From an uncultured Eubacteriales bacterium (GTDB lineage Bacteria > Bacillota > Clostridia > Oscillospirales > CAG-272), in the NCBI GenBank assembly GCA_949451655.1, contig CASTST010000001.1, forward strand, positions 1,981-65,980: a DNA stretch of 64,000 nucleotides. The letters are read 5' to 3'. The notes under the pieces are model-generated. The model made no database searches. It was not told the origin of the DNA and was given only the letters and a program-made list of their open reading frames with translations. The position numbers were made by a program, and so were the translations under genes. Positions 9,124 through 19,319 of the stretch are shown piece after piece. Every line of letters starts with the position of its first letter. The stretch's first letter is position 1.

Positions 9124-9604
9124 TTACGTTAAAGCCTCCCCCAGCAAAGGGGGGCAGCGCGCAGCTACCACCTCACCAAAGCCCCCCTTGTGCTGGAGCC
9201 GCGCAGCGGATCATAGGGTGGCGGCGCGGCTGCAAACTCACACCATACCCTAAGCCTCCCCCCAGCAAAGGGGGGTGGTGCGGCAAACTGCTCTTATCTC
9301 AGCGCCCCCCTTGTGCAAAGGGGGGTGGCTCGCTTAAGCGAGTCGGGGGGATTGTCTGTATATACTGCCGATTTGTAATTTCTGCAAAATGATAAAAGAA
9401 ACAATCCCTCAGTCATGCCAGCGGCATGACAGCTCCCTTTACACAAGGGAGCCTTTTAACGTGAGTGCTTGCTTCGCGGGAGCCAGCCCTCCCTTTTTGC
9501 CTGGGGAGCCTTTTTAGATTTTGCTCCACAGGAGCTCCCTTTACTGGGGGGAGGCTCACGCGCCCACCCCTATGGATCACTGCGCAAATCCTTGCATGGG
9601 AGCC
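9124..9604 (+). repeat. Mosaic hairpin-repeat array R5 (1 unit plus many accessory hairpins)
   Basis: Core at 9348-9408 (F). The left arm is nearly identical to those at 1001-1052 and 4281-4335. The array abuts the stop codon of the downstream gene at 9605. Confidence 0.9.
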
Positions 9605-10195
9605 TTATTCCTCTTGCACGTCCCCGCTCTCCGGACGCACACGAATCGTCATTTTTGTCCGCTGGGTAATCATTCCCCGCAGCTCCACTGCATAATCCAA
9701 CTCCAGAGTTCCGCCGGTTTCTTCCATATTATTTTCGATTTTCCTTCCGATCACACACAGATCCACCTGTCCGAAAGGCGTATCATATGTACTGTACTGC
9801 CGTACATTCGGTTCCACTGTGAAAACAGTGTTCATATCTCCGCTGCGGCTGACTGTAATATGACTGCTGCTTCCCTTTGGAAAAACAAGACTAACTTTTG
9901 TCGGTGCTGCACCTTCCTCATCCTCTATCGTTTCTATATAGGTCAGATGCAACAGACCTTCCTGCAGAGACAGTGTTCCCTCGCTGAAAAGGGTGCATGC
10001 ACCGCTTTCTTCCGATGCAGAATGTGCATGGGGCAGAGCATCGTCTTCTTCCAGATCGTCAAAGCCATCTGCTTCGCTGGTAAAGAGACTTTCCTTTCCC
10101 ATGTTGCGCTGGTGGCTTTCCACTTCGATGATTACAGCCAGACCTTCCTGCGCCTCTTTTTCCTCTGTCTCATATTCAAAAATCGGCAAGTCCAC
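9605..10195 (-). CDS. DUF1934-like beta-barrel protein with an acidic insertion
   Basis: ORF 9605..10234 (TTG). GTG at 10195 has GGAGAGGGG upstream and is preferred. The C-terminal half resembles the DUF1934/YwiB family (TLELDYAVELRGMITQRTKMTIRV). Confidence 0.6.
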   Translation of the reverse strand: MDLPIFEYETEEKEAQEGLAVIIEVESHQRNMGKESLFTSEADGFDDLEEDDALPHAHSASEESGACTLFSEGTLSLQEGLLHLTYIETIEDEEGAAPTKVSLVFPKGSSSHITVSRSGDMNTVFTVEPNVRQYSTYDTPFGQVDLCVIGRKIENNMEETGGTLELDYAVELRGMITQRTKMTIRVRPESGDVQEE

Positions 10196-10236
10196 TCCAC
10201 CCCTCTCCGTATTTTGCAGGATTACAAACCGCAACA

Positions 10237-10254
10237 GCCGGAGAAAACTCCGGC
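10237..10254 (-). terminator. Possible terminator hairpin after the isomerase gene
   Basis: GCCGGAG-TTTT-CTCCGGC on the minus strand, followed by a moderately T-rich stretch. Confidence 0.35.
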
Positions 10255-10348
10255 TGCCTGCGTCATTATTCTACCGCTTCTTTTTAATAGGATACCACAT
10301 TTTCCGCTTTTTTGCAAGAGAATCGGTCATTTTTTTGCATATACCATA

Positions 10349-11179
10349 TTACGGGAAATAAGGCGTTTCATTCGATGTGTATCCGTCCGGCATCACATAG
10401 GGACGGATATACTGGATAGTGAAGTCCACACCCCAGGAACCTTTTGCCTCTTTCCAGTATTCCGAGTGCGGCTCTATAGACAGCATACCGTCATATCCTT
10501 TGGTATACAGCATATCCATGACAGCGCCCCAGTTTGTCTGATCCAGTCCTGCCGGGGGATCATCATACCGCACGCCGTCTATGTACAGAGAGCCTTTAAT
10601 GTGGAAATGAAGAATTTTATGTCCCCAATCCCGCAGCTCCCGCAGGTAGTTGCGGTCGCCGCCGTGGGCAAAGCAGTGGGACACATCATATTTGATACCA
10701 AGCTCCGGCAGTGCGCCCAGCACAATTTCCCATGCCTTATCATCATATACAAAATTGTTCCAACCGCAGTTGTACACAGCGATTTTTACACCCAGCGGAC
10801 GTGCAAAATCCAACAGTTTTCCAAAGTATTCAATTGCACGCTGGCAGTTTTCATAGTAGGACATGGACTCCACCCGGTTGCAGCCGCAGTTGAATACCGG
10901 ACAGCCTATGATGGACGCTGCTTTGATAATGTCCATGTCCTCCTGCAGCATTTTTTCGATGATATTGCCTTCCTCGTCCAGCCGGATTGCGCCCCAGCGT
11001 CCGGTTGAGCCTACGGGAATCCCGTATTTTTTGCTGAGTTCTGCTATCTCCGGCGCTTTTTCCAAAAACGCCTTGCTGTCGCTGTAATAATTCACACAGA
11101 ATTCAATAGCATCCAGCCCTTTTTCCTTTACGTACCGGAACCCTTCTTCGTTCCAGCCGTTGATGATTCCAAGCTTCAT
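10349..11179 (-). CDS. Sugar phosphate isomerase/epimerase (xylose-isomerase-like TIM barrel)
   Basis: 276-aa ORF with overall similarity to AP-endonuclease-2/xylose-isomerase-like TIM barrel proteins (GLDAIEFCVN..., HFHIKG). Confidence 0.8.
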   Translation of the reverse strand: MKLGIINGWNEEGFRYVKEKGLDAIEFCVNYYSDSKAFLEKAPEIAELSKKYGIPVGSTGRWGAIRLDEEGNIIEKMLQEDMDIIKAASIIGCPVFNCGCNRVESMSYYENCQRAIEYFGKLLDFARPLGVKIAVYNCGWNNFVYDDKAWEIVLGALPELGIKYDVSHCFAHGGDRNYLRELRDWGHKILHFHIKGSLYIDGVRYDDPPAGLDQTNWGAVMDMLYTKGYDGMLSIEPHSEYWKEAKGSWGVDFTIQYIRPYVMPDGYTSNETPYFP

Positions 11180-11230
11180 GTTTATACCTGTACCTTTCTT
11201 TGTATATACGTTGGGTTTTGCAGACTTTGT

Positions 11231-11556
11231 AAGTCCCCTTGTACTGGAGCCGCGTAGCGGATCCTAGGGTGCTGTCGCGATAGCACCCTACTTTTATAGG
11301 CTCCCTTGTGCAAAGGGAGCTGGATCCGCGAAGCGGAGACTGAGGGATTGTTATACGATCATTTTGCAGGAATTACAAATCGACAGTATGTGCAAACAAT
11401 CCCCCCGCCGATTGCATCGGCACCCCCCTTTGCACAAGGGGGGCTTAAGTTGGTGTGGTTTGCCGTTCCGCACAAGGGAGGCTTTTGTTTGGTTGGAGCC
11501 ACGCAGTGGATCCTCACAAGGGAGCCTATAAAAGTTGGGTGCTGCACAGGAGAGCC
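11231..11556 (-). repeat. Mosaic hairpin-repeat array R6 (1 unit)
   Basis: Core at 11344-11403 in R orientation (GGGATTGTTATACGATCATTTTGCAGG...CAAATCGACAG...ACAATCCC). Arms are the reverse complement of the F layout. Confidence 0.9.
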
Positions 11557-11573
11557 TTCTTTTCTACTCCCCT

Positions 11574-12827
11574 TCACTCACGGATCTGTCCGTTGCCGCT
11601 GATGATGTACTTTTTCGTCGTCAGCGCGCTCAACCCCAGAGGACCCCGCGCGTGCAGCTTCTGGGTAGCAATGCCAACCTCTGCGCCCAGTCCGAAGCAA
11701 CCGCCGTCTGTAAACCGGGTGGAAACATTCACATATACGCAGGCAGACTCCACCGCACCGGTGAAATAGGATGCGGCATTCATGTCCTTTGTAATAATCG
11801 CTTCACTGTGGTTGGTGCTGTACCGGTTAATGTGCGCCACCGCTTCCTCGATGGACTCTACCACCTTAACCGCCACAATCAGATCGTCATATTCCGTTGC
11901 CCAGTCCGCCTCGTCTGCCGGGTTTACATCAATAATCTTTATCGTCTCCGGACAGCCCCGCAGCTCCACGCCCCGCTTTTCCAATTCCTGCTTGATCCGG
12001 GGCAGAAGCCCCGCAGCAACGTCTCTGTGTACCAGAATCGTTTCAATGGCATTGCATACGGACGGACGGGAGGTTTTCGCATTGACCGCAACAGACACCG
12101 CCATGCCCGGATCTCCGTCCCTATGAATATACAAATGGCAGTTTCCCGCACCTGTTTCGATCACGGGAACTTTGGCGTTTTCCACTACATTCTGAATCAG
12201 CCCCTTGCCTCCCCGGGGGATCAGCACGTCAATCAGTCCCCGCATTTCCATCAGCGCCTGTGCACCGGCACGGTCCGTGAAGGGAATCAGGGAAACGCAT
12301 GCCCGGGGCAGACCGCAGGATTCCAGCGCGTCTCCCGCTGTTTCAGTAATAGCGGTATTGGAGCGAATGGCTTCCTTGCCACCCCGAAGCACCGCCGCGT
12401 TGCCGCTTTTGATGCACAGCCCGGCAATATCCGCACTCACGTTGGGGCGGGACTCAAAAATCACACCCACCACGCCAAGGGGTACGCGGATATGCTTGAT
12501 TTCCATCCCGTTGGGACGGCTCTGCACCGTTCCCAGTCCAATGGGATCCTCCTGCATGACCAGGGCTTCCATGGCACAGGCGATTTCCTCCAACCGCGCC
12601 GGGGTGAGCAGCAGCCGATCCATCATTGCGACAGACAAGCCGTTTTCCCGCGCCGCTTCCATATCCGCTGTATTCGCAGCAAGGATTTTCTCCTGATTTT
12701 TCCGCAGAAGTGCTGCAAACGCAGTGAGCACACCGTTTCGGACTTCTCCGCTGGCACGTGCCAGCGCCGGTGCCGCAGCCTTTGCTCCCTCGCACAATTT
12801 TTTTACTTCTTCATAAATATCATGCAT
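11574..12827 (-). CDS. proA: Glutamate-5-semialdehyde dehydrogenase
   Basis: Inner ATG (MHDIYEEVKKL...) with AGAGGTGAG upstream, 4 nt after the proB stop. ProA-like throughout. Confidence 0.92.
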   Translation of the reverse strand: MHDIYEEVKKLCEGAKAAAPALARASGEVRNGVLTAFAALLRKNQEKILAANTADMEAARENGLSVAMMDRLLLTPARLEEIACAMEALVMQEDPIGLGTVQSRPNGMEIKHIRVPLGVVGVIFESRPNVSADIAGLCIKSGNAAVLRGGKEAIRSNTAITETAGDALESCGLPRACVSLIPFTDRAGAQALMEMRGLIDVLIPRGGKGLIQNVVENAKVPVIETGAGNCHLYIHRDGDPGMAVSVAVNAKTSRPSVCNAIETILVHRDVAAGLLPRIKQELEKRGVELRGCPETIKIIDVNPADEADWATEYDDLIVAVKVVESIEEAVAHINRYSTNHSEAIITKDMNAASYFTGAVESACVYVNVSTRFTDGGCFGLGAEVGIATQKLHARGPLGLSALTTKKYIISGNGQIRE

Positions 12828-12831
12828 CGTC

Positions 12832-13629
12832 TCACCTCTTTTTGGATGCTGCAAAATAAGTTCCGATCTTTTTCCCGTCTATAATGCTGTATAATATGGA
12901 CGGATCCTTGCCGCTGAGCAGGAGCATGGGAATTCCCGCCGCGCCGGCAATCTCCGCCGCCTGCACTTTTGTTTCCATTCCGCCGGTTCCCAGCGCGCTG
13001 CCTGCGCCGCCTGCACTTGCGCGGACCGCATCGGTAATTTCATCTATTCTGGAAAGGAGTTTTGCATCCGGATTTTTTCTGGGATCGCTATCATACATAC
13101 CGTCCACATCGGAAAGGTTGACCAGCAGATCCGATTCACACACAATGGCAACATAGGCGGATAAGGTATCGTTCCCTTTAAACTGGAGTCCCTCGTTGCT
13201 GACAGAGTCGTTTTCGTTGACAATCGGCACGCAGCCAAAATCCAGCAGCCGGTTGAAGGTATTTTTGATAATCTGCAGCCGGTTCGGATCGTCCACCACA
13301 TCCCGGGTCATGAGAATCTGCCCCACCTGATATCCATACATGGCAAACAGCCGCTCATACATGCGCATCAGCTCTGTCTGACCAACTGCTGCCAGCGCCT
13401 GTTTTTCATCCAGCGGACGGGGATGGATATCCATGCCCAGCTTGGCAGTTCCGGCAGTCACGGCACCGGAGGATACCAGCACCACTTCTCTGCCGGAATT
13501 CTTTATATCCGAAAGGGTGCGGACCAGTGTTTCCATACGGCGGATATTGAGCCGCCCCGTCTTTGCATGGGTCAGCGTGGAGGATCCGATTTTCACGGTG
13601 ATCCGGCGACATCTTTGTACGTTGTCCAT
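12832..13629 (-). CDS. proB: Glutamate 5-kinase (short form, no PUA domain)
   Basis: 265-aa ORF with ITVKIGSSTL... and the other ProB amino-acid kinase motifs. Confidence 0.92.
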   Translation of the reverse strand: MDNVQRCRRITVKIGSSTLTHAKTGRLNIRRMETLVRTLSDIKNSGREVVLVSSGAVTAGTAKLGMDIHPRPLDEKQALAAVGQTELMRMYERLFAMYGYQVGQILMTRDVVDDPNRLQIIKNTFNRLLDFGCVPIVNENDSVSNEGLQFKGNDTLSAYVAIVCESDLLVNLSDVDGMYDSDPRKNPDAKLLSRIDEITDAVRASAGGAGSALGTGGMETKVQAAEIAGAAGIPMLLLSGKDPSILYSIIDGKKIGTYFAASKKR

Positions 13630-13824
13630 TCCTTTGTAAAAATCTCCATTTTTTAAAAAAATTTACGAAATGTATTCAATTTCACCTGATAATATATTAT
13701 AATGGTATGAATACATATATTCCGGTTTCTTCCGGGGAAAAGATTGGTATACTCCAATCATTATACTATCAATTTCACGGGAATTCAAGGAAAACCGGCA
13801 AAAAATCAAAGGACGGACAGATTT

Positions 13825-14364
13825 ATGGAAAAGAAAAAATATGATGTTGTCATCGCAGACGTGGAAATGGCGATTATCTCTGACGAACGGGAAGATTTTG
13901 TAATGCGGCTGGTAAACGATCTGGATCAGAAAATCCGGGAAATCACACTCTCCAGCAAACGCTGCTCTAAAATGGATGCTGCGCTTCTTGTGGCGCTGGA
14001 TACAAACAGCGAACGGCTGAAAGCGGAAAAGCGGATTCGGAATCTGGAAGCGCAAATCGGCTTGTATGACGCAAATCTGCGCCGTCTGCGTGAAGAAAAT
14101 GCAAAACTGAAGGAAATCATGCTCAGCGGAAAAAACGCCCCGGCAGAGGAAGCGGCAGAACAGGAGCCGGAGGAAGAAGCACAGCCGGATATAGAACAGC
14201 TTGACATGACCCAGGCGGAGCCGGAAGAAGCAGCCGCAGAAGAAGAAACAGAAGTACAGGCCCAGCCGGAAGTGCAGCCGGAAAAAGCCCCTGAAGAGAG
14301 CGCCGACAGAGGAGACAAGCTGCGCCAGATTGAAAGCCTGCTCCGAGGCAAAAACAACGGATAA
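13825..14364 (+). CDS. zapA: Cell division protein ZapA with a Glu/Ala/Pro-rich C-terminal tail
   Basis: Inner ATG (MEKKKYDVVIADVEMAIISDEREDFVMRLVNDLDQKIREI...) with AAAGGA upstream. ZapA-like N-terminal domain, then a coiled coil and an acidic tail. Confidence 0.7.
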   Translation: MEKKKYDVVIADVEMAIISDEREDFVMRLVNDLDQKIREITLSSKRCSKMDAALLVALDTNSERLKAEKRIRNLEAQIGLYDANLRRLREENAKLKEIMLSGKNAPAEEAAEQEPEEEAQPDIEQLDMTQAEPEEAAAEEETEVQAQPEVQPEKAPEESADRGDKLRQIESLLRGKNNG

Positions 14365-16356
14365 ATGAAACATTCCTTGCCCGAACTGCTTGCACCCGCC
14401 GGAAATATGACTTCCTTAGAAGCCGCCATTGATGCAGGCGCAGACGCAGTTTATTTTGGGGCGGACGCGTTCAATGCCAGAATGCGGGCGGATAACTTCA
14501 AATCTGAAGAAACCACGCGGGCGCTGTCTCTTTGCCGCGCATTTGGTGTGCAGGCTTACATCACGCTGAACACCCGACTGACCGACCGGGAACTGCCCGA
14601 GGCAGTCTCCCTCGCCCGGCGTTTGTGGGATGCAGGTGCGGACGCATTCATTATAGCGGACGCAGGACTTGCGGCGCTGCTGCGGGAGCAAATTCCCGGC
14701 GTGCAGCTCCACGCCAGCACCCAAATGTCCGCTCACACGGAATTCGATGGGGCGGCATTGGAAGGGCTGGGATTTTCCCGCATGGTATGCCCCAGAGAAC
14801 TCTCTAAGTCTTCCCTCGCCCGCCTGTGCAGCCGCTCCCCCATTCCAATAGAAATGTTTATTCACGGCGCCCACTGCGTATCCTTTTCCGGGCAGTGTCT
14901 GATGAGCGCAGTCATGGGCGGCAGAAGCGGAAACAGGGGTTCCTGCGCCCAGCCATGCCGACTTCCCTATACATTGGGCAAGAAAAACGGGTATCCCCTC
15001 AGTCTGCGGGATCTGTGTCTGGCGGGGCATATTCCGGAAATTCTGGAAACAGGCGCCGCCAGTTTGAAAATTGAAGGGCGGCAAAAATCTGCGGAATATG
15101 TGTATACGGTGGTTTCCGTTTACCGGAAGCTGCTGGACGAGGCACGGGCAGCAACCCCCGATGAACTTGCTCTTTTGGAATCGGCATTCAGCCGCAGCGG
15201 ATTCACCGACGGATATTTCAGGGGCACCTATAAAACTATGCTGGGCGTGCGCACGCTGAAGGATTTTCACGAAAGTCAGCCGCCTGTATACGGTGGGCTG
15301 TCCCGCCGGGTTCCTGTAAATATAACATTGCATATACAAACCGGCGCGCCGGCAGTGCTGACTGCCGCATCCCCGGAAAAAACGGTTACAGTTTATTCAG
15401 ACGCGGCACTCGCGCAGGGAGACGTACCGCCTCCCGATGCGGATGCTGCCCGCAAAAATGCAGGGCGGCTGGGTGCAACGCCCTTTACCCTTGCGTCCTT
15501 CACCTATGAATCGGACGGAAAAGCGTTGTTCACTTTGTCTATGCTGAACCGGCTCCGCCGGATGGCTGTAGACGCGCTGCTGGCTCCGCCGGCACGGGAA
15601 AAAATGAAACAAATACCAAAAATGAGAGTTCACGCATGTGTACAAACAAAGCCCATATACACTGCATCGTTTTTGTCTCCCGCACAAATTACACCAGCAG
15701 CACGGGCGTTTTTTGACGAAATATATCTGCCCTATTCTGCGCCGGCACAGGATACGGGCATAGAACTCCCGCCATTTCTTTTGGGCGAAGATTTTGAAGC
15801 GGTATGGAAAACGGCAAAGCTTGCGCCGTACGTATTGGTGCACACGCCGGGACAGCTTATGGAGGCGGTACGGCGTGGCGTTCCCACACGGGCGTCTCTT
15901 CGGTTCAACACCTACAACAGCGAAACTGCCGCGGTATTGGCAGCGGCAGGCGCAGACTGCGTATATCTTTCGCCGGAGCTAACCCTTCCCCAGATGCGGG
16001 ACCTGCAAAGTCCCGTTCCCAAAGGCGCGGTTGTATACGGCAGACTGCCACTGATGCTTACCGTCCGGTGCGCCGTGTCCGGCGGCTGCCGCAGCTGCGG
16101 CAAGGACTGCGGCGGTATCTTACAGGATCGGCGGGGCGTATCATTCCCTGTAACCGGCACGGAGAAATGCGGAAACATCATCTGGAACAGCGTGCCAGTC
16201 TACATGGCAGATCGGATGGATGCGGTGAAAAGCGCAGGGATCACACGGATGCATTTTCTGTTTACTACAGAGGATGTTGTCGGCTGTGATCGGATCATCC
16301 GGGCATATCAGGAAGGCACCGCGCCGGGGAGTGCGATATATAGAATGAAAAAATGA
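14365..16356 (+). CDS. Peptidase U32 family protein
   Basis: 663-aa ORF. N-terminus ELLAPAGNMTSLEAAIDAGADAVYFG and the internal U32 signature region. The ATG directly follows the zapA stop. Confidence 0.88.
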   Translation: MKHSLPELLAPAGNMTSLEAAIDAGADAVYFGADAFNARMRADNFKSEETTRALSLCRAFGVQAYITLNTRLTDRELPEAVSLARRLWDAGADAFIIADAGLAALLREQIPGVQLHASTQMSAHTEFDGAALEGLGFSRMVCPRELSKSSLARLCSRSPIPIEMFIHGAHCVSFSGQCLMSAVMGGRSGNRGSCAQPCRLPYTLGKKNGYPLSLRDLCLAGHIPEILETGAASLKIEGRQKSAEYVYTVVSVYRKLLDEARAATPDELALLESAFSRSGFTDGYFRGTYKTMLGVRTLKDFHESQPPVYGGLSRRVPVNITLHIQTGAPAVLTAASPEKTVTVYSDAALAQGDVPPPDADAARKNAGRLGATPFTLASFTYESDGKALFTLSMLNRLRRMAVDALLAPPAREKMKQIPKMRVHACVQTKPIYTASFLSPAQITPAARAFFDEIYLPYSAPAQDTGIELPPFLLGEDFEAVWKTAKLAPYVLVHTPGQLMEAVRRGVPTRASLRFNTYNSETAAVLAAAGADCVYLSPELTLPQMRDLQSPVPKGAVVYGRLPLMLTVRCAVSGGCRSCGKDCGGILQDRRGVSFPVTGTEKCGNIIWNSVPVYMADRMDAVKSAGITRMHFLFTTEDVVGCDRIIRAYQEGTAPGSAIYRMKK

Positions 16357-16373
16357 AGGGGTAGCAGAAACTG

Positions 16374-16628
16374 AAAGGCTCCCATGTGAGGATCCACTGC
16401 GTGGCTCCATAGGGAGCTGGCGCGTGCCTCCTCTATAAGGCTCCCTTGTGCAAAGGGAGCTGGCACAGCTTTGCTGTGACTGAGGGATTGTAATACTATC
16501 ATATTGCAGGAAATACAAATCGCCAGCATGCGCAGACAATCCCCCCGCCGATTGCATCGGCACCCCCCTTTGCACAAGGGGGGCTAAGAACGGGTGCTTG
16601 CTCCGCGACAGCTCCCTTTGGTGGGGAA
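16374..16628 (-). repeat. Mosaic hairpin-repeat array R7 (1 unit)
   Basis: Core at 16484-16543 (R), preceded by a CCCATGTGAGGATCCACTGCGTGGCTCCATAGGG module. Confidence 0.9.
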
Positions 16629-16678
16629 AGTCCAATAACATATGTGCTATCCCAAATAAAAAATGAGGTTTTCAGGCA

Positions 16679-17125
16679 ATGGAAGAAAAAAATGTACATC
16701 TTCGGGTAAAATATTTAAAACCGGGTATGGAACCGCTCCAATATATTGACGGAAAATCCGACTGGATTGACCTGCGCATCTCGGAAACAGTGACGATGCA
16801 GGCAGGCGAATTCCGTCTCCTGCCTCTGGGCGTGGCGATCGCCCTCCCAGCAGGGTATGAAGCCCATGTAGTCCCCCGTTCTTCCACCTTCAAAAACTTC
16901 GGCATTATACAAACAAATCACATGGGTGTGATTGACGAATCCTACTGCGGGGACGGGGATCAGTGGTACATGCCTGCCTATGCCATGCGGGACACGGTAA
17001 TTGAGGAAGGCAGCCGCATTTGCCAGTTTCGGATCATGCGCCACCAGCCACCGCTTACCTTTGAAGCGGTGGACAATCTTGGAGGACCAAACCGGGGCGG
17101 CATTGGTTCCACCGGGAAGAAGTAA
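16679..17125 (+). CDS. dut: dUTP diphosphatase
   Basis: 148-aa ORF with dUTPase motifs (AHVVPRSS, GVIDESYCGDGD, NRGGIGSTG). Confidence 0.88.
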   Translation: MEEKNVHLRVKYLKPGMEPLQYIDGKSDWIDLRISETVTMQAGEFRLLPLGVAIALPAGYEAHVVPRSSTFKNFGIIQTNHMGVIDESYCGDGDQWYMPAYAMRDTVIEEGSRICQFRIMRHQPPLTFEAVDNLGGPNRGGIGSTGKK

Positions 17126-17138
17126 GTACTAACGCAGA

Positions 17139-17488
17139 AAGGCTCCTGCGAAGCATATACCCACGTTAAAAGGCTCCCCCCAGCAAAGGGAGCCGTTGCG
17201 ACGCGCCAAACCCATCAGCTTAAGCCCCCCTTGTGCAAAGGAAACTGGTTCGGCGCAGCTCCCCACTTAATAAAAGGCTCCCCCCAGCAAAGGGAGCTCC
17301 CGCGGAGCGGGTGAGGGATTGTCCTATGCTATCATTTTTGATAACCTACAAACAAATCGGCAGCATGTGCAGACAATCCCTCCGTCTCGCCTACGGCGAT
17401 CCACCCCCCTTTGCACAAGGGGGGCTAAGAGTAGGTGCTTGCATCGGCACTCACTCGGAACTGCGTAGCAGGTCCTCACAAGGGAGCC
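17139..17488 (-). repeat. Mosaic hairpin-repeat array R8 (1 unit)
   Basis: Core at 17315-17380 (R, slightly longer core), with several CCCCCCAGCAAAGGGAG hairpins upstream. Confidence 0.9.
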
Positions 17489-17538
17489 TACAAAATTTGT
17501 GCAAACCGAAAGAATACCCATAACGAAAGCGTACTATT

Positions 17539-18231
17539 ATGACTGAAAAACTCATCCTTGCTTCCGGATCTCCCCGGCGGCGGGAAATTCTTACAATGGC
17601 AGGATACCGGTTCACTGTTCTTTCGCCGGATGCGGACGAAAGCGCGCCGGGACTTTCCCCGGCGGAGCTGGTGCAGGAATTGTCCCGACGAAAAGCTGCG
17701 GCAGCCACAGCCGTTGCGGGGTCAGGATATGTGATACTTGCTGCGGATACGGTAGTGGCTCTGGATGAAAAAATTCTGGGGAAACCGAAAAATGCAGCGC
17801 ACGCGGCAGAGATGCTGTCCATGCTGTCCGGCAGAACCCACACCGTATACACAGGCTTCACCATATGCGGGGAAGCCCCCGCTGGCAAATATCGGATGCA
17901 GAATCTGCTCCACGATACATTGTCACACGAGGATAAGGATATCACTACTTCTTTCGAAGCAAATTGCGGGAACCCCCCCGCCGGCAAATATCCATCCATC
18001 ACCCATGCAGTCGCCGCGCAGGTTACCATGCGGGATATAACAAAAGAGGAAATAAACGCCTACGTCGCTACCGGATCCCCGCTGGATAAAGCGGGTGCAT
18101 ACGGCATTCAGGAATCGGCAGGCATGTTTGTGCAAAGCATTAAAGGAGATTACTACAGCATTATGGGACTGCCCATTTGTCCGATATCCGTGACTTTACG
18201 GGATACTTTTGGGATCGTCCCTGTGCTTTAA
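17539..18231 (+). CDS. maf: Maf-like nucleoside triphosphate pyrophosphatase (with a 33-codon insertion)
   Basis: 230-aa ORF with LILASGSPRRREIL... and DKAGAYGIQ motifs. The extra segment between VYTGF and VTM is bracketed by 18-bp direct repeats. Confidence 0.88.
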   Translation: MTEKLILASGSPRRREILTMAGYRFTVLSPDADESAPGLSPAELVQELSRRKAAAATAVAGSGYVILAADTVVALDEKILGKPKNAAHAAEMLSMLSGRTHTVYTGFTICGEAPAGKYRMQNLLHDTLSHEDKDITTSFEANCGNPPAGKYPSITHAVAAQVTMRDITKEEINAYVATGSPLDKAGAYGIQESAGMFVQSIKGDYYSIMGLPICPISVTLRDTFGIVPVL

Positions 18232-18269
18232 AAATACAACGTGAAAAACCGGGAAAGGTATAATATATT

Positions 18270-19286
18270 ATGAGTAAAAACATTGGAATTGATCTGGGAA
18301 CTGCCAACACCCTCGTCTACGTGCGAGGCAAGGGAATCGTTTTACGGGAACCGTCTGTGGTGGCGGTCGAACAGCGGAGCAAAAAAGTGGTTGCTGTGGG
18401 CAACGCGGCAAAGCTGATGCTTGGCAAAACCCCCGGTTCTATCATCGCCATGCGCCCTATGAAAGACGGCGTTATTGCAGAATTCGACTTTACCACCGCC
18501 ATGCTGCGGGACTTTTTCAAACGCACTGCCGGATCTACTGTTTTCAGTCATCCCCGGGTGATCGTCTGCATCCCTTACGGCGTTACGGAAGTGGAACGGC
18601 GCGCGGTGGAAGATGTGACACTGGAAGCAGGCGCACAAAGCGTTGCGCTGATTGAAGAACCCATCGCCGCTGCAATCGGCAGCGGACTGCGGGTGGAAGA
18701 CGCAAAAGGCAGTATGATCGTAGACATCGGCGGCGGCACCACAGAAGTAGCGGTCACCAGCCTTGGCGGAATCGTTCTTTCCACTTCCCTGCGGATTGCA
18801 GGAGACGAGCTGGACGAAGCGATTGTCAACTATATCAAAAAGCGTTACAACATCCTGATCGGTGAAATCACCGCAGAGATGCTGAAAAAGAAAATCGGCA
18901 GCGTACATCCCGGCGTGGATCGGGGAACAATGGAAATCCGCGGACGCAATCTGCTCAACGGACTGCCCGCTATTATCAGTGTTACCACTGCGGATATCCG
19001 GGAAGCTATGCACGAGCAGGTGTTCCATATTGTGGAAGCCATTCGCACCACACTGGAAAACACCCCGCCGGAGCTGTCCAGTGATATCTATGACAACGGC
19101 ATCACTCTTGCCGGCGGCGGCGCTCTGCTGGGCGGATTGGACGCGCTGATTACCCATGTGACAGGTATTAAAGCTACCATTGCAAAAGCGCCTCTGGACG
19201 CGGTAGCAGTCGGCATTGGCCATGTAATCGAAAGCATGGGCGACGCGAACGATATCGTACAATTCCGGGGCAGAAGCTCCCGATAA
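18270..19286 (+). CDS. mreB: Rod shape-determining protein MreB
   Basis: 338-aa ORF with IGIDLGTANTLVYV... actin-like ATPase motifs. Confidence 0.95.
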   Translation: MSKNIGIDLGTANTLVYVRGKGIVLREPSVVAVEQRSKKVVAVGNAAKLMLGKTPGSIIAMRPMKDGVIAEFDFTTAMLRDFFKRTAGSTVFSHPRVIVCIPYGVTEVERRAVEDVTLEAGAQSVALIEEPIAAAIGSGLRVEDAKGSMIVDIGGGTTEVAVTSLGGIVLSTSLRIAGDELDEAIVNYIKKRYNILIGEITAEMLKKKIGSVHPGVDRGTMEIRGRNLLNGLPAIISVTTADIREAMHEQVFHIVEAIRTTLENTPPELSSDIYDNGITLAGGGALLGGLDALITHVTGIKATIAKAPLDAVAVGIGHVIESMGDANDIVQFRGRSSR

Positions 19287-19319
19287 AAACCGAAGAATAC
19301 TGCGAAAGGAGAGAACGGC

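Noticed and set aside
9521-11008. Long ORFs antisense to clear genes: 9521..11008 (495 aa), 11535..12884 (449 aa), 21369..22733 (454 aa), 58436..59674 (412 aa), 53875..55038, 37009..38109, 23177..24235, 13663..14373 and 14416..15339.
   Set aside because: They are shadow ORFs opposite well-supported housekeeping genes in GC-rich, codon-biased sequence. Their composition is low-complexity and Cys/Arg/Phe-rich. They show no recognisable domains and no RBS.
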